Source of the DNA: Solirubrobacterales bacterium
GTDB lineage: Bacteria; Actinomycetota; Thermoleophilia; Solirubrobacterales; 70-9
Direction: 5' to 3'
Length of the DNA stretch: 64,000 bases
NCBI GenBank assembly: GCA_036520315.1
Contig: DATDJZ010000030.1
Coordinates: forward strand, 5,602 to 69,601
Below are positions 21,825 to 29,812 of the stretch, one piece after another. The position numbers and the translations under genes were made by a program. Under the pieces are notes generated by a model that worked only from the letters and a program-made list of their open reading frames with translations, had not been told where the DNA came from and did not search any database. The stretch's first letter is position 1. Each line of letters opens with the position of its first letter.

Positions 21825-22742
21825 GTGCCCGAACGCGAAGGATACGTCCCCGGCGTCCCCTGCTGGGTGGACACAAGCCAGCCGGATCCGGAGGCCGCGG
21901 CCGACTTCTATGCGGGTCTCTTCGGCTGGGAGCTCGAGGACACGATGCCGCCGGGCTCGGAGGGGAGCTACTTCATCGCCCGGTGTGAAACGAGAGCTTG
22001 GTCTCTGTTCGATAGCTCCGGCGAGCCGCGCAGAGGCGAGGTTGCCGCGGTCAGGTCTATCCCCGACGGAGCACCGTCGGCGGCGGCGTGGAACACCTAC
22101 ATCTGGGTCGAGAGCGCGGATGAGACGGCATCGAAGGTTCGCGGGGCCGGGGGCCGGGTGCTGATCGAGCCCTACGACGCGGCGAACGCGGGCCGGATGG
22201 CCCGCTTCACCGATCCCGAGGGAGCCGCGTTCTGGGTCCTGGAGGCCAGGCAGCACAAGGGCGCGGGGCTCGTCAACGACCCGGGCTCACTGAACTTCAA
22301 CGGCCTCAACACCCGCGATGCCGAGCGTGCGAAGGCCTTCTACGCATCCGTCTTTGCCTGGGGGACGTTCGTCATGGACGGCGCGGCCGAGATGTTCACG
22401 CTGTCGGGCTATGGCGATTTCGTCGAGAGCCACCACCCAGGTCTCCGCGAGCGATGGGCTGAGGCGGGCGCGCAGCCGGGGTTCGAGGACGTCGTCGCGA
22501 CCATCAATCCGATCGCCGACGACCAGCCCGACACGCCGCCGCACTGGAGCGTCACCTTCGCCGTCGAGGACACCGACGTTGCGGCCGGGAAGGCGGCCGA
22601 GCTCGGCGGTCGGGTCATCGTGCCTCCGTTCGATGCCCCCTGGACCCGGATGACCGTCATTGCCGACCCGCAGGGGGCGACGTTCATCGCCAGCAGATTC
22701 ACGCCGGAGAACAGGGAGCTGACCGCCCCTCAGCTCCCCTGA
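21825..22742 (+). CDS. VOC (glyoxalase/bleomycin-resistance fold) family protein, two-domain, Rv0577/CFP32-like
   Basis: GVPCWVDTSQPDPEAAADFYAGLFGWE, AGRMARFTDPEGAAFWVLE, HWSVTFAVEDTDVAAGKAAELGG, MTVIADPQGATF. GTG start 3 nt after the gyrA stop. Confidence 0.8.
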   Translation: MPEREGYVPGVPCWVDTSQPDPEAAADFYAGLFGWELEDTMPPGSEGSYFIARCETRAWSLFDSSGEPRRGEVAAVRSIPDGAPSAAAWNTYIWVESADETASKVRGAGGRVLIEPYDAANAGRMARFTDPEGAAFWVLEARQHKGAGLVNDPGSLNFNGLNTRDAERAKAFYASVFAWGTFVMDGAAEMFTLSGYGDFVESHHPGLRERWAEAGAQPGFEDVVATINPIADDQPDTPPHWSVTFAVEDTDVAAGKAAELGGRVIVPPFDAPWTRMTVIADPQGATFIASRFTPENRELTAPQLP

Positions 22743-22762
22743 CGGCGAAGGGGAGAGGTGCG

Positions 22763-23419
22763 CTAAGCCGTCAGCAGGTACGGCTCCCAGGCCGCCGGCG
22801 TGCGCGGCGCGGCGATCCGGATGAAGACGGTTGGCCCAGGTGGTCGGGGCCGGCGCTTGGGGTGCATGCGGATCTCCTGGGGGAGACGGTTGCCCTTCTT
22901 GCGGTTACAGGGGGCGCAGGAGGCGACGATGTTCTCCCAGATCGACTCGCCTCCGCGGCTGCGCGGGACGACGTGATCGACGGTCAGGCTGTGCCTGCTC
23001 GAGCCGCAGTACTGGCAGGTCCAGCCGTCGCGTGCGAGCACGGCCTTGCGGGTGATGCGGCGCCGGTGGATGTCCCGTGGGACGCGGACGAAGCTGATCA
23101 GGCGGATGACCTCTGGCCGGTCGATCCGCATTGTCTCGGAGCGCAGCACGTCGTCCCCGCGCTCGAGGACCTCGGCCTTCTCCTTCAGGATCAACACCAG
23201 CGCCCGGCGGACGGTGCAGACGTTGAGCGGCTCGTAGCTTGCGTTGAGAACCAGCACCCGCCCCCGGGTCAGGCGGCGAATCGCTGCTACCGCTACCTCG
23301 CCCTCCGCATCTGCGTCATGGGCGACGCCGTTCCCGTTCGAATGCCCGGCTAGATGGCCGTTCTTCGATGCCCGACCGCTCGCCGGCACAGCCTCGTGCG
23401 CGGTGGCCCCATTGCCCAT
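22763..23419 (-). CDS. HNH endonuclease family protein
   Basis: ATG at residue 46 of track ORF 22763..23554. C-terminal HNH motif: WTCQYCGSSRHSLTVDHVVPRSRGGESIWENIVASCAPCNRKKGN. Confidence 0.8.
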   Translation of the reverse strand: MGNGATAHEAVPASGRASKNGHLAGHSNGNGVAHDADAEGEVAVAAIRRLTRGRVLVLNASYEPLNVCTVRRALVLILKEKAEVLERGDDVLRSETMRIDRPEVIRLISFVRVPRDIHRRRITRKAVLARDGWTCQYCGSSRHSLTVDHVVPRSRGGESIWENIVASCAPCNRKKGNRLPQEIRMHPKRRPRPPGPTVFIRIAAPRTPAAWEPYLLTA

Positions 23420-23444
23420 TTCCCGGGCGATTGTAGACGAGCAC

Positions 23445-24320
23445 CTAGTTGGTTCCGGGCACTCCCGGCGGGGCTGCGATCGGCCAGCTGCCGAGAACGC
23501 GCACGGTCTCGGCCTTCGAGCGCAGGGCCTCGATCGCGGATGTGAGCGGCTCATCCCCCGCGCCGCCCTCGATGTCGAGGAAGAACTGATAGCGGCCGAG
23601 GCCGCGTCGCAGGGGCCTCGACTCGATCCGCGTCAGGTTGATCTCGCTGGCGGAGAAGACCTGGAGGGCCTCGACGAGTGCACCTGGGTGGTCCTCGCCG
23701 AGCTCGGAGAAGACCAGGGACGTGCGCCAGGGCCCGGAGCCCGACGGGCTCGTTCCCTCAGGCGCAACCCAGACGAAGCGTGTGATGTTGTCGGGCTCGT
23801 CCTCGACGCCGTGACGCAGCACCGCCGCGCCGTAGAGGCGCGCCGCGGACTCGGCTCCGAGGGCCGCCCAGGGCTCGTCCGACTCGGCAACGGTCCGGAC
23901 CGCATCGGCGGTGCTCGGGGCGGCTCGGACCTCGGCCTGGGGCAGGTGCTCCCGGATGAAGCGAGCGCACTGGGCGCTCGGCTGCGGGTGGGAGAGGACC
24001 ACCTCGATCCACTCCAGGGGGATCTCCTCGCTGGCGATCAGGCAGTGGCGGATCGGCAGGTCGTACTCGCCGACGAGGCTGAGGCCGTCGGCGTCGAAGG
24101 CGAGCGTGTCCAGGGTCGCGGTGACGGCGCCCTCGATCGAGTTCTCGAAGGGCACCAGGGCCCGGTCCGCCGTCCCCTTCCGGATCGCCACGATCGCGTC
24201 GTAGACCGAGGGCGAGGGGATCGCCTGGACCTGCTGATCTCCGGCCGCTGCCCGGAGCGCGTCTTCGCTGAAGGTGCCCGGCGGGCCCAGGTAGCTGACC
24301 CGCACGGGTCCTGGGCCCAT
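23445..24320 (-). CDS. pheA: prephenate dehydratase
   Basis: VSYLGPPGTFSE, VPFENSIEGAV, NITRFVWV, and ACT-domain LTRIESRPLRRGLGRYQFFLDIEG. Confidence 0.9.
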   Translation of the reverse strand: MGPGPVRVSYLGPPGTFSEDALRAAAGDQQVQAIPSPSVYDAIVAIRKGTADRALVPFENSIEGAVTATLDTLAFDADGLSLVGEYDLPIRHCLIASEEIPLEWIEVVLSHPQPSAQCARFIREHLPQAEVRAAPSTADAVRTVAESDEPWAALGAESAARLYGAAVLRHGVEDEPDNITRFVWVAPEGTSPSGSGPWRTSLVFSELGEDHPGALVEALQVFSASEINLTRIESRPLRRGLGRYQFFLDIEGGAGDEPLTSAIEALRSKAETVRVLGSWPIAAPPGVPGTN

Positions 24321-25399
24321 CAGGAGCCGAAGACGACCGTGTAGGTGGAGGTGTTGTTGGTCGTGATCTGCTCGCCGCTCACCGGAGTCACGACCACCTC
24401 CAGGGTCGTCTCCGTGCCCGGGGTCGGCTTGCTGGTGATCGGGATCTTCACGGTCCCCTGCTCGCCGGCGCTCAGTGCCTGGAGCTGGCCGGTGAGCTGC
24501 GTGCCGCCCAGGGTGGCCGTGACGCTGATGCCCGTCTCGTCACTGTCGCCCGAGTTGGTGAGCAGGATGTCGATCTCCTGTGCGTCGGCCGGCACGGTGT
24601 TGGTCGAATCCGGCGACAGGGTCTGACCGCCGACGGTGGTCGAGTCGAGCTGCAGGCCATGAATCCCGCCGGTGGTGGAGGCAGTTTGGCCGGTGAGCAC
24701 ATTGAGCTTGGTGACCAGGGTGGTCTGGTTAAGGTAGTCGGTTGCATTGGCCGGCATGAACTTGCCGTTCGGCAGCGGCGTCCCTTCCACGCCCTCGTCA
24801 TCGAGGACGTTCTGGATCTCGGGCTTGCCGATCTGCGTCCAGAGCACGTCGCTGGCATAGAGCGAGCCCATCGCGTTGCTGATCGTCTCGATCGCGTTAG
24901 TCGTCTGCGTTCGCGCCGTGGCCTGGGGGACGCTCTCGGCGATCGAGCTGAGCGCGTCCCGCCGCAGCGTCAGCGTCTGGATGACCGCGTTCTGCGCGTC
25001 GTGCATCTGCCCCGGAGCGTCGATGTCATCGGCCCGGTCGAGGAGGGTCTGCGAAGTGTCTCGCTGCCGCAGCACCTCCTGCTGCGCGTCGAGGGAGCTC
25101 GAAGTCCCGGCCGAGCTGTTCAGCAGGTTGAAGAAGTCCTTCCCGCTCTGCTCGGACTGCTGCATGATCGTCGCGACGTCGGAGTCGTAGTTGCGGAGCG
25201 CCCGGTCGGAGCGTGCCTCCAGGCACCCCCGGATCCCGATCACGATCAGGATCAGGAAGGCGAGGCCGACTCCGACGCCGATCAGGCGTCGAACGAGAAA
25301 CTGCTGGCGTCGCCTCTGGGGCCCCCCGACCCTGCGTCTCGGGCGTTCCGGCTCTTCGTCGACGACCAACTCGTCTTGTTCCTCATCGAGGAATGCCAA
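24320..25399 (-). CDS. single-pass membrane protein with extracytoplasmic domain and C-terminal CARDB/Ig-like module (start uncertain)
   Basis: Track ORF 24320..25726. TTG at residue 110 was chosen (CTG at 25411 and 25420 are alternatives). Basic cytoplasmic stretch, TM helix LIGVGVGLAFLILIVIGI, and a C-terminal beta-rich IDILLTNSGDSDETGISVTATLGG...TLEVVVTPVSGEQ. Confidence 0.55.
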   Translation of the reverse strand: MAFLDEEQDELVVDEEPERPRRRVGGPQRRRQQFLVRRLIGVGVGLAFLILIVIGIRGCLEARSDRALRNYDSDVATIMQQSEQSGKDFFNLLNSSAGTSSSLDAQQEVLRQRDTSQTLLDRADDIDAPGQMHDAQNAVIQTLTLRRDALSSIAESVPQATARTQTTNAIETISNAMGSLYASDVLWTQIGKPEIQNVLDDEGVEGTPLPNGKFMPANATDYLNQTTLVTKLNVLTGQTASTTGGIHGLQLDSTTVGGQTLSPDSTNTVPADAQEIDILLTNSGDSDETGISVTATLGGTQLTGQLQALSAGEQGTVKIPITSKPTPGTETTLEVVVTPVSGEQITTNNTSTYTVVFGS

Positions 25400-25540
25400 A
25401 CCGCGCCTCAGTATGAACAGGGGTCGTGACGCATGTTTGCGCGAGGGTGCTCCGCAGGCGAAGCCGATGAGCAACCCGTTTAGTGGCGAAGCCGGGCCAG
25501 CGACAGGATTAGGTCGTCCGGGGGCGAACTCAAACCGGCC

Positions 25541-27250
25541 ATGGTCGGTGAGGTCATCCTGGGCAGATTCCGCATCGAGAAGCGGATCGGAAGCGGCGGC
25601 TTCGGGACCGTCTATCGCGCCTGGGACGAGAGGCTGCAGCGGCCGGTGGCGGTCAAGGTGATCGACCGCGAGCACGGGGCCCCGCGCGTCACCCGCGAGG
25701 CGCAGGCGGTGGCCCGGCTCAGCCATCGCAACATCGCAACGCTCTATGAGCTGGCCACGGACGGCGAGCGTGCCTTTCTCGTCTCCGAGCTGATCGAGGG
25801 GGAGACCCTGAGATCACTCGGCCGGCGGGGCGAGCTCACCGATCGCCTGGTCGCTCGCGTCGGGGCCGACGCCGCCGCGGCACTCACCGCCGCGCACCGT
25901 GCAGGCGTCGTCCACCGCGACGTGAAGCCCGAGAACATCCTGGTCGATTCAGGCGACCAGGCGAAGCTCGTCGACTTCGGGATCGCGCGGATCGCCGGTG
26001 AGAAGACCCTGACGGCCACCGGCGCCGTGGTGGGGACGCTCGCCTACATGGCTCCCGAGCAGGCCGACGGGCTGCGGCCCGGGCCGGCCGCGGACGTCTA
26101 CTCGCTTGCCCTGACCCTTTACGAGTGCCTCTGCGGAGAGCACCCGCTGCTCCGTGAGGGGCCCGCCGCCACGGCCCGGGCGATCGGGGAGCCGATCGCA
26201 CCCCTCGCAGCCGTGCGGCCGGAGCTGCCGGAGCAGATGACCGAGGCGATCGATGCCGCGCTCGACCCGGACCCCGAGGAGCGGCCCCTGGCGTCGGAGC
26301 TCGGCTCGGCGCTCGGCGCCCGCGTCGGCGAGCTCGACGGCGAGCCTCTACCCCCGATCGCTGGGATCGACGGCGACGCCTTTCTCGAGCCACGCCGGAG
26401 CCCGGAGCTCGCCCGTTTTCTACCCGCCGCCGGGATCGCCGCCCTCGGCCTGGCTGCGCTGATCGCAAGCGGCGCCCCGGCTCCCATCGCGCTGGTCGCC
26501 CTCGGGCCGGGATTCCTGGCCCTCGGCCGGCCGCGGCCGGCGTACGCGCTCGAACTCGCCCTGGTCCTCCTCTGGCTCGTGCTCGGCGCGGGCGAGCCCG
26601 GGATCGCGGCGCTGGTCGCCGTCCTGGGTGCCCCGCTGCTCCTCGCCGCAATCGATCCGGAGGCGATCGCGCTGCCCGGACTGGCACCGGTCCTGGGTCT
26701 CATCGGCCTGGGGCCCGTCTACCCCGCCCTCGCCGGCCTGACCCGCGGCGCCGCCGGACGGGCGCTCCTCGGGGGGATCGGATACCTCTGGCTGGCGGCG
26801 TGGGAGGAGCTCGCCCACCGCACTCTGCTGCTCGGCCCGGTGGCCGACCCCCCGGCTCACTGGACCGGGTCGGCCGGCACCGCGCTCGGTGACGTGGTCG
26901 CTCCGCTCATCGACGGCTCCGTCCTGGCAGGCGCCGCCGTCTTCGCGCTCGCCGCCTGGGCGCTGCCCCTCCTGATCCGCGGCCGGACCCCGGTGCTCGA
27001 TGCCCTCGGGGCGCTGATCTGGGCGGCGGGGCTGATCTCAGCACTGAGGCTGGTGGACGGCGGCTCCAGCCCGCCCGGACTGCTCTTCGGCGCCCTGCTC
27101 GCGGCCGTGGTCGCGGCCCTGCTCACGCGGCGACTGGGCGTGGCCAGCGACCGCAAGGCCGCAGCATTTTGGAGCGAAGGGCGAAGCCCGGAGCGACTTA
27201 CGTGGGCGGCCGCAGCGGTCGCGCCTGATGCCGAAGGGGTCCGGCGGTAA
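25541..27250 (+). CDS. Hanks-type Ser/Thr protein kinase fused to a polytopic (about 8 TM) C-terminal membrane domain
   Basis: GSGGFGTVYRAWD...VAVKVI, HRDVKPENILV, DFGIARI, LAYMAPEQ. From about residue 270 it is Ala/Leu/Gly-rich hydrophobic segments. Confidence 0.85.
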   Translation: MVGEVILGRFRIEKRIGSGGFGTVYRAWDERLQRPVAVKVIDREHGAPRVTREAQAVARLSHRNIATLYELATDGERAFLVSELIEGETLRSLGRRGELTDRLVARVGADAAAALTAAHRAGVVHRDVKPENILVDSGDQAKLVDFGIARIAGEKTLTATGAVVGTLAYMAPEQADGLRPGPAADVYSLALTLYECLCGEHPLLREGPAATARAIGEPIAPLAAVRPELPEQMTEAIDAALDPDPEERPLASELGSALGARVGELDGEPLPPIAGIDGDAFLEPRRSPELARFLPAAGIAALGLAALIASGAPAPIALVALGPGFLALGRPRPAYALELALVLLWLVLGAGEPGIAALVAVLGAPLLLAAIDPEAIALPGLAPVLGLIGLGPVYPALAGLTRGAAGRALLGGIGYLWLAAWEELAHRTLLLGPVADPPAHWTGSAGTALGDVVAPLIDGSVLAGAAVFALAAWALPLLIRGRTPVLDALGALIWAAGLISALRLVDGGSSPPGLLFGALLAAVVAALLTRRLGVASDRKAAAFWSEGRSPERLTWAAAAVAPDAEGVRR

Positions 27251-27321
27251 CCCGAACGGGCCACTAGCATTTCGCCTCCGGCTTTCCGCGAGTCGCGGCC
27301 AACCGACCCTAGGAGCCCCCC

Positions 27322-28089
27322 ATCAGCGTTCTACGCAACCTCGAAGCCCGGATTGAGGGCCTCGTCGAAGGCGTCTTCAGCCGCGCCTTCAGCTCCGGCG
27401 TGCAGCCGGTGGAGATCGCGCGCAAGCTCGCCAAGGAGATGGACGCCCACAAGACGGCGTCTGTCCAGCGGGTCTACGTGCCGAACGAGTACACGGTTTG
27501 GCTCTGCCCCGAGGACTACGAGCGCTTCAAGGACTACGAGTCCTCGCTCGCCCAGGAGCTCAGCGGCCACCTGCTCGAGCACGCCCGCCACCACGACTAC
27601 GACCTGCTGACGCGGCCAGTGGTCCATCTCGACCAGGACGAGCGCCTGCGGCTGGGCGAGTTCGGGATTCAGACCCGCCTGGTCAGGCCCCCGCAGCGGC
27701 AGGGCGCTGAGGCGGAGCAGGGCGAGCACGGGCACACGATGGTCTACTCGGCGACCCAGGCGGAGAAGGCGCGCTCCAAGCGCCGCCCCGACGCCGCCTT
27801 CTCGGAGACCCGGGCCATCATCACGGTCGACGACCGCCGCTACGTGCTCGACGGGCCGACGGCAACCCTCGGGCGCTCGAAGGAGGCGGATTGCGTCATC
27901 GATGACCCCAACATCTCGCGCCGGCACGCCGAGCTGCGCCGCTCGAACGTGGGGGACTGGCAGATCGTCGACCTGAACTCGACCAACGGCGTCAAGGTCA
28001 ATGGCCGCCGGGTCGCCAACGCCCGTCTGTCTCCGGGCGATGAGATCACTCTCGGAACCAAGGTCTTCGCCTTCGACATCGAGCAGTGA
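27322..28089 (+). CDS. fhaA: FhaA-like protein (DUF3662 N-domain + C-terminal FHA); proposed ATC start
   Basis: The track starts at GTG 27400, but the frame is open from TAG 27310. Codons 27322-27399 encode ISVLRNLEARIEGLVEGVFSRAFSSG, the conserved DUF3662 N-terminus. FHA motif: TLGRSKEADCVIDDPNISRRHAEL...STNGVKVNG. Confidence 0.8.
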   Translation: MSVLRNLEARIEGLVEGVFSRAFSSGVQPVEIARKLAKEMDAHKTASVQRVYVPNEYTVWLCPEDYERFKDYESSLAQELSGHLLEHARHHDYDLLTRPVVHLDQDERLRLGEFGIQTRLVRPPQRQGAEAEQGEHGHTMVYSATQAEKARSKRRPDAAFSETRAIITVDDRRYVLDGPTATLGRSKEADCVIDDPNISRRHAELRRSNVGDWQIVDLNSTNGVKVNGRRVANARLSPGDEITLGTKVFAFDIEQ

Positions 28090-28550
28090 ACGATCTCGAG
28101 CCGCTAGCGGTAGCGCTCAAGTTCGGCTTCCTCGCCGTGCTCTTCCTCTTCCTGTTCTGGGTGACGCGGAGCTCGTTGAAGGACCTGCGGGGCACCGCCA
28201 CCCCCGGCTACGAGACCGGCTATCACGAGGTTGCGGGAGTCGAGGCGGCCGGGACCGATGCGTTCCTGGTCGTCGATGAGGGCGGGGGCCTGAACCAAGG
28301 GGAGCATTTCGACCTCTTCGGCGGCGTCTCGCTCGGCCGCTCCGCGGACGCCGACATCCGCCTCGACGATCGCTATGCCTCAGGGATCCACGCACGTGTG
28401 TTCAGCCGTTCCGGGGCATATTTCGTCGAGGACATGAACTCGACCAACGGCACGCTCCTCAACTCGCGCGAGCTGCACGGCGAGGCCGAGCTGACGCCCG
28501 GCGACGCGATCCGGATCGGGGACACTGAGTTCCGCTTCGAGGTCTCCTGA
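28086..28550 (+). CDS. fhaB: FhaB/FipA-like membrane-anchored FHA domain protein
   Basis: N-terminal TM LKFGFLAVLFLFLFWV. FHA motif: SLGRSADADIRLDDRYASGIHARV...STNGTLLN. GTGA overlap with fhaA. Confidence 0.85.
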   Translation: MNDLEPLAVALKFGFLAVLFLFLFWVTRSSLKDLRGTATPGYETGYHEVAGVEAAGTDAFLVVDEGGGLNQGEHFDLFGGVSLGRSADADIRLDDRYASGIHARVFSRSGAYFVEDMNSTNGTLLNSRELHGEAELTPGDAIRIGDTEFRFEVS

Positions 28551-29812
28551 TGCTCAAAGTCGCCGAAGAGGCACACAAGACCGACACGGGGCGGCAGCGA
28601 CAGGCGAACGAGGACTCCTATTTCGCGCGCGCTCCGCTCTTCGCTGTGGCCGACGGGATGGGGGGCGCGCAGGCCGGCGAGGTCGCCTCCCGGATCGCGG
28701 CGCGCGCGTTCGAGCGGAAGCGCACTGTGAGCGCCGAGGAACCCGCGGAAGGCCAGCTCGAGGAGATCGTCCAGCAGGCGAACCGGGAGATCCACAAACT
28801 CGCCCAGGAGGACTCCTCGCGAGCCGGCATGGGCACCACCCTGACCGCGGCGCTGCTGCGCGACGACGAGGTCGCGCTGGGCCACGTCGGCGACAGCCGC
28901 GCCTATCTGCTCCGCGGCGACCAGCTCAAGCGCCTCACCAAGGACCATTCCCTCGTCGAGGAGCTGCGCCGCCAGGGACGGCTCACCGAGGAGCAGGCCG
29001 AGGAGCACCCGCAGCGCTCGATCATCACCCGCGCCCTGGGGCCCGAGCCGAGCGTGAACGTCGACACCATGACCTTCCCGGCGCGCGACGGCGACGTCTT
29101 CCTGCTCTGCAGCGACGGCCTCACCACGATGGTCTCCGACGATCAGATCCGGGACATCCTGGTCAACTCGCGGAGCCTCAGGAGCGCCGTCAACAGGCTC
29201 GTCGACGCGGCGAATCGAGGCGGCGGCCGCGACAACATCACGGCCGTCGCCTTCCGGGTGGCGGACGCCGATGCCAAGGAGGTGGAGGAGGGGGCGACCC
29301 TGATCTCGCGCACCGCCGAGTCCGCCGGCCTGACCCGGGAGCGCATGCGCGGCGCGACCGATCGCCTCCGAGGGCAGGGCCCAACGCCGAGACCGTCACG
29401 ACGCAGACGGGCGCTCAAGTGGGCCGCCGTGATCGCCGTGATCGCCGTGATCGCTGGCGTGATCATCGCGGCGGTGCTCTTCGTGCGCTCGATCTATTTC
29501 CTCGGCACCGACGACGGGGGGAACGTTGCGGTCTACCGAGGCCTGCCGTACGAGCTGCCGCTCGGGGTGAGCCTCTACTCGAAGCAGTACTCGATCCCGG
29601 TTCAGGAGGGGGCGCTCTCGGAGGATCGTCAGCGGGCCGTCACCGGCCACACCCTGCGCAGCCAGGACGACGCCACCAGCCTGGCCACCGACATCCAGCA
29701 GCGTCCGACCGAGGGGGTGCCGCAACCCCCTCCGCCCCCGGCGCCGACCAAGAAGCAGCAGAAGAAGAACCCTGGGGGCGCCTCCAAGGGCAAGCAGGCG
29801 CAGAAGCGTTGA
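28550..29812 (+). CDS. pstP: PP2C-family Ser/Thr phosphatase PstP (membrane-anchored)
   Basis: TDTGRQRQANEDS, VADGMGGAQAGEVAS, LLCSDGLT, GGRDNITAV, and TM AAVIAVIAVIAGVIIAAVLFV. The TM contains a 9-bp x3 tandem (29426-29452). Confidence 0.9.
   Translation: MLKVAEEAHKTDTGRQRQANEDSYFARAPLFAVADGMGGAQAGEVASRIAARAFERKRTVSAEEPAEGQLEEIVQQANREIHKLAQEDSSRAGMGTTLTAALLRDDEVALGHVGDSRAYLLRGDQLKRLTKDHSLVEELRRQGRLTEEQAEEHPQRSIITRALGPEPSVNVDTMTFPARDGDVFLLCSDGLTTMVSDDQIRDILVNSRSLRSAVNRLVDAANRGGGRDNITAVAFRVADADAKEVEEGATLISRTAESAGLTRERMRGATDRLRGQGPTPRPSRRRRALKWAAVIAVIAVIAGVIIAAVLFVRSIYFLGTDDGGNVAVYRGLPYELPLGVSLYSKQYSIPVQEGALSEDRQRAVTGHTLRSQDDATSLATDIQQRPTEGVPQPPPPPAPTKKQQKKNPGGASKGKQAQKR

Noticed and set aside
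22739-22774. 8-bp inverted repeat CTGACGGC…GCCGTCAG spanning the VOC/HNH convergent junction, as a bidirectional terminator.
   Set aside because: The loop is 20 nt and one arm lies in the HNH coding sequence. This is too weak to call a terminator.
22763-23419. The HNH endonuclease as a possible restriction or defence-island marker.
   Set aside because: No adjacent methyltransferase, helicase, ATPase, toxin or mobility genes are present. The neighbours are housekeeping genes (pheA, VOC, gyrA), and there is no compositional shift.
29426-29452. 9-bp x3 tandem repeat gccgtgatc in pstP.
   Set aside because: It simply encodes AVIAVIAVI within the transmembrane helix. This is compositional and repeat-like but fully explained by TM coding, so it is noted only in the pstP feature evidence.
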